A stretch of 64,000 nt of DNA from the human T2T-CHM13v2.0 reference genome, Homo sapiens. The stretch's first letter is position 1, and the number at the start of each line of letters is the position of its first letter. Shown piece by piece: positions 58,826 to 64,000 of this stretch. Under the pieces are notes generated by a model, which searched no databases, was not told the DNA's origin, and saw only the letters and a program-made list of their open reading frames with translations. The position numbers and the translations under genes were made by a program. The stretch lies in NCBI RefSeq assembly GCF_009914755.1, contig NC_060948.1, one strand, 5' to 3'.

Positions 58826-60395
58826 TATACTGGAATGTAATGTAATGAACTCGAATGTAATTGACTGGAATGGAATGTACATGAATGGAATGTAATCGAA
58901 TGGAAAGTAATCCAATGGAATAGAATCTAATGCAATAAAATCGACTCAGATAGAGTAGAATGTAATGGAATGGAGTGCAGTGCAATGGAATGGAATGGAA
59001 TGGAATGCAATGGAATGGAATGGAATGGAATGGAATGGAATGGAATGGGATGGAATGGGATGGAATGGTATGGAATGGATAGTAATGGACTGGAGTGAAA
59101 TGGACTGGAAAGGAATGGACTCAAATTGAAAGGGCTCGAAAGGAATGGAGACAAATGTAATGGTCTGGAATGGAATGAACACGAATGTAATGCAATCCAA
59201 TAGAATGGAGTCGAATGGCATGGAATATAAAGAAATGGAATCGAAGAGAATGGAAACAAATGGAATGGAATTGAATGGAATGGAATTGAATGGAATGGGA
59301 ACGAATGGAGTGAAATTGTATGCAGTAGAAGAGAATAGAATGGAATGCAAGCGAAAGGAAAGGAATGGATTGGAATGGAATGGAATTCATTGGAATGGAA
59401 GGGAATGTAGTGTAATGGACAGGCCTGGAATAAAGTGGAATGCTACGGTCTCGAATGGAATAAAAATGTATGGAATGGAATGCAATGAAACGGAATCGAA
59501 TGTCATAGAATGTAATGGAATGCAAAAAAATGGAATCCAAAATCATTGACTGGAAAGGCTGGGTGTCGAAAGGAATTGACTCCAATGGAATGGAATCGAA
59601 TGGAATGGAATATACTGGAATGTAATGTAATGAACTCGAATGTAATTGACTGGAATGGAATGTACATGAATGGAATGTAATCGAATGGAAAGTAATCCAA
59701 TGGAATAGAATCTAATGCAATAAAATCGACTCAGATAGAGTAGAATGTAATGGAATGGAGTGCAGTGCAATGGAATGGAATGGAATGGAATGCAATGGAA
59801 TGGAAGGCAATGCAATGGAATGGAATGGAATGGAATGGAATGGGATGGAATGGTATGGAATGGATAGTAATGGACTGGAGTGAAATGGACTGGAAAGGAA
59901 TGGACTCAAATTGAAAGGGCTCGAAAGGAATGGAGACAAATGGAATGGTCTGGAATGGAATGAACACGAATGTAATGCAATCCAATAGAATGGAGTCGAA
60001 TGGCAGGGAATATAAAGAAATGGAATCGAAGAGAATGGAAACAAACGGAATGGAATTGAATGGAATGGAATTGAATGGAATGGGAACGAATGGAGTGAAA
60101 TTGTATGCAGTAGAAGAGAATAGAATGGAATGCAAGCGAAAGGAAAGGAATGGATTGGAATGGAATGGAATTCATTGGAATGGAAGGGAATGTAGTGTAA
60201 TGGACAGGCCTGGAATAAAGTGGAATGCTACGGTCTCGAATGGAATAAAAATGTATGGAATGGAATGCAATGAAACGGAATCGAATGTCATAGAATGTAA
60301 TGGAATGCAAAAAAATGGACTCCAAAATCATTGACTGGAAAGGCTGGGTGTCGAAAGGAATTGACTCCAATGGAATGGAATCGAATGGAATGGAA
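58826..60395 (+). repeat. 785 bp sub-unit tandem duplication inside DYZ1
   Basis: TATACTGGAATGTAATGTAATGAACTC starts at 58826 and again at 59611. The EcoRI landmark occurs at both 59383 and 60168. Confidence 0.93.
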
Positions 60396-63300
60396 GTGAA
60401 TAGAATCAAACTAAATCGAATGGAATGGAATTGATAGGAACGGAATGGAAAGGAATGCAATGATTTGGCATGGAATGGAATCGAATGGCATCGAATGGAA
60501 TGGAATGGAATGCAATGGAATGGAATGTATTAGAATGTAATGAACTTTAATGGAATGTACTCGAATGGATTCGACTGGAATGGAATGTTCTGGAAGTGAA
60601 TGGACTCCAATGGAATGGATTCAAAAGGAATGGAATCGTACGGAATGGAATCTAATGGAATGGAATTAAATGGAAATGAATCAAATTGAATAGCACGGAA
60701 TTGAATTGAATGGAATCGAATGCAATGGAATCTAATGAAACGGAAAGGAAAGGAATGGAATGGAATGGAATGGGCTGGAATGGAAAGGAATCGAAACGAA
60801 TGGAATGGAATCGAACTGAAGAGACTGGAATGGAATGCACTGGAATGGAAGGGAGTGTAATGGAAGGTTCTCGAAAAAAATGGAACCGAATGGAATGGAA
60901 TTGAATGGAACGGAATAGAGTCGAATGGAATTGAATGGAATGGAATGGACTAGAGTGAAATGGAATCGAACCACAAGGAATGGACAGGAATAGAATGGTC
61001 TCGAATTGAATGGAATCGTATGGAATGGTCAAACGGAATGGAATGGACAGTCACGGAATGGAATGCACTCGAATGCAATGGAGTCGAAACTAATGGACTG
61101 GAATAGAATGGATTCGACTGGTACGGACTCCAATGGAATGGAATCGAATGGAAGGGAATCGAACGGAATGGACTCGAAGGGAAAAGACTGCAATGGAAAG
61201 GTCTCGAATGGAATGGAAATTAATGGAATGGAATGGAATCGAATGAAATGGAGTCAAAAGGAATGGAATCGAATGGCAAGAAATCAAATGTAATGGAATC
61301 GCAAGGAATTGATGTGAACGGAACGGAATGGAATGGAATCCAAAGGAATGGAATAGAATGGAATGGAATCGAATGGAAAGGACTCGAATGGAAATCACTC
61401 GAATAGAATGCAATTTAATAAAATAGGATCAAATGTAATGGAATGGAATGGAAAGGAATCGAAACGAAAGGAATGGAGACCGATGGAATGGAATGGAACA
61501 GAGAGCAATGGTATAGAATGGAATGGAATCATCTGGAATGGAATTGAATGGAATGGAATAATATGAAATGGAATGGAATGGAATGGAATGGAATGCCCTT
61601 GAATTAAATGGACTGGAATGGAATGGACTCGAACAGAGTGGAATGGAAAGTGTTGAGATAGAATGGAATGGACTCCTTTGGAATGGTGTAGTATGCAATG
61701 TAATCGACTGGCAGGGAATCAAAAGGAATGTAATCGAATGGATTGGACTGGAATGCAATGGACTCGAATAGATTGGAAACGGAATGCAAAGGAATGGAAT
61801 GGAATAGTATGGAATGGAATGGAAAGGAATGGAGTGGAATAGACTAGAGTGGAATGGAATGGACTGGAAAGCAATGGACTGGAATGGAACTTTCTTGAAT
61901 GGACTGGAATCAAACGGAATGGAATGCAATGCAATCAAATGGCATGGAATAAAATAGAATGAAAGAGAATCAAATGGAATTGAATCGAATGGAATCGAAT
62001 GGATTGGAAAGGAATAGAATGGAATGGAATGGAATTGACTCAAATGGAATGGACTAGAATGGAATGGATTCGAATGGAAGGCAAAGGAATGGAATCTATT
62101 GGAATGGAATGTAATGGAATGGAATGGAAGGGATTGGAATGGACTCGAATGGAATGGACTGCAATAGAAAGGATTCGAATGGAATGAAAAAGAATTGAAT
62201 GGAATAGAACAGAATGGAATCAAATCGAATGAAATGGAATGGAATAGAAAGGAATGGAATGAAATGGAATGGAAAGGATTCGAATGGAATGCAATCGAAT
62301 GGAATGGAATCGAACGGAATGGAATAAAATGGAAGAAAACTGGCAAGAAATGGAATCGAAATGAATGGAGTGTTATGGAACGGACTCAAAAGGAATTGAA
62401 TGTAATAGAATGGAGTGGAGTGGACTCGAATATAATGGACTGGAATGGAATGAAATCACATGGAATGGGAACGAATGGAATGGAATGGAAAGGAATGGAA
62501 TGGAATGGAAAGGAATCGAATGGAAGGGAATGAAAATGAATCAACAGGAATGGAAGGGAATAGAATAGACGGTAATGGAATGGACTCGAATAGAATGGAC
62601 ACGAATGCTCAAATTGAATGGACTCGAAAGGAATGGAAAGGAAAGGAATGTCATCGAATGGAATTGAATCGATTGGAATGAAATCGCATAGAATGGAGTG
62701 GAATCAAATGGAATTGAATCGAAAGGAAAGGAAGCGAATGGACTGAAATGAAATGGAATGGAATTGAATGGAAAGTAATGCAATGGAATAGAATGGAACG
62801 AAATTTCACGGAATGGAATCAAACTGAATGGAATCAAATCAATGGAATCTAATCAAATGGAATGGAAAGGAATTGAATGGAGTAGATTGGATTGGATGGG
62901 ATTGGAATGAAATGTACTGGAAAGGACTCGAATTTCATGAAACGGAATGGAATGAATTGGAACGGAATGGACTCGAATGGAATGGAATGTCATGGAATGG
63001 CATCAAATGGAATGGCATCAAATGGAATGGAATCGAATGCAATGGAATGCTATGGAATGGAATGGAATGCATTGGAATGGAATGTCCTCTAATGGAATGG
63101 ATTCGAGTGGAATGGAATCGAATATAATGGAGTCGAATGAAATGGAATTGAAAAGAATGGGATCGAATACAATGGAATATACTGGAATGTAATGTAATGA
63201 ACTCGAATGTAATTGACTGGAATGGAATGTACATGAATGGAATGTAATCGAATAGAAAGTAATCCAATGGAATAGAATGTAAAGCAATAAAATCGACTCA

Positions 63301-64000
63301 GATAGAGTAGAATGTAATGGAATGGAGTGTAGTGCAATGGAATGGAATGGAATGGAATGCAATGGAATGGAATGGAATGGAATGGAATGGGATGGAATGG
63401 TATGGAATGGATAGTAATGGACTGGAGTGAAATGGACTGGAAAGGAATGGACTCAAATTGAAAGGGCTCGAAAGGAATGGAGACAAATGGAATGGTCTGG
63501 AATGGAATGAACACGAATGTAATGCAATCCAATAGAATGGAGTCGAATGGCAGGGAATATAAAGAAATGGAATCGAAGAGAATGGAAACAAATGGAATGG
63601 AATTGAATGGAATGGAATTGAATGGAATGGGAACGAATGGAGTGAAATTGTATGCAGTAGAAGAGAATAGAATGGAATGCAAGCGAAAGGAAAGGAATGG
63701 ATTGGAATGGAATGGAATTCATTGGAATGGAAGGGAATGTAGTGTAATGGACAGGCCTGCAATAAAGTGGAATGCTACGGTCTCGAATGGAATAAAAATG
63801 TATGGAATGGAATGCAATGAAACGGAATCGAATGTCATAGAATGTAATGGAATGCAAAAAAATGGAATCCAAAATCATTGACTGGAAAGGCTGGGTGTCG
63901 AAAGGAATTGACTCCAATGGAATGGAATCGAATGGAATGGAAGTGAATAGAATCAAACTAAATCGAATGGAATGGAATTGATAGGAACGGAATGGAAAGG

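Larger units (their letters stand above)
15639..64000 (+). repeat. DYZ1: DYZ1 / human satellite 3 (GGAAT)n array with ~3.55 kb unit, about 13.6 copies, G-rich strand on +
   Basis: Degenerate GGAAT pentamers throughout. The landmark GAATTCATTGG (EcoRI) falls at 20470, 24039, 27563, 31087, 34601, 38115, 41628, 45142, 48691, 52255, 55814, 59383, 60168 and 63715 (spacings 3569, 3524, 3524, 3514, 3514, 3513, 3514, 3549, 3564, 3559, 3569, 785, 3547). There is one conserved HaeIII/StuI site (AGGCCT) per unit. This matches the ~3.56 kb Y-specific DYZ1 repeat, and adjacency to DYZ2 is characteristic of Yq12. Confidence 0.95.

Noticed and set aside
15690-63956. Hundreds of ORFs up to 313 aa (MEWNG... 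on +, IPFHS... on -)
   Set aside because: Pure (GGAAT)n has no stop codon in any frame on either strand and translates to MEWNG or IPFHS repeats. The ORFs overlap in all frames, recur with the unit period, and are freely broken by variants.

Overview
Non-coding primate satellite DNA that matches human Yq12 heterochromatin, spanning a block boundary between two satellites. Bases 1-15639 are about 6.5 tandem copies of a ~2.42 kb composite unit (AT-rich segment, minus-strand Alu, HSATI-type segment), consistent with DYZ2/HSat1B. Bases 15639-64000 are about 13.6 copies of a ~3.51-3.57 kb unit of degenerate (GGAAT)n pentamers, consistent with DYZ1/HSat3. All listed ORFs are repeat artefacts, and I see no genes, RNA genes or CRISPR arrays. 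I found no new protein-coding system. The points worth a second look are: three in-register canonical heat-shock elements (nGAAnnTTCnnGAAn) per DYZ1 unit, a near-blunt DYZ2/DYZ1 junction flanked on both sides by divergent edge units, a 680 bp deletion and a chimeric 785 bp duplication in DYZ1, a doublet/mosaic pattern of unit variants, and an Alu with mixed AluSc/AluY diagnostic bases. Family names come from recognition of the sequence, not from a database search, and all counts were made by eye.
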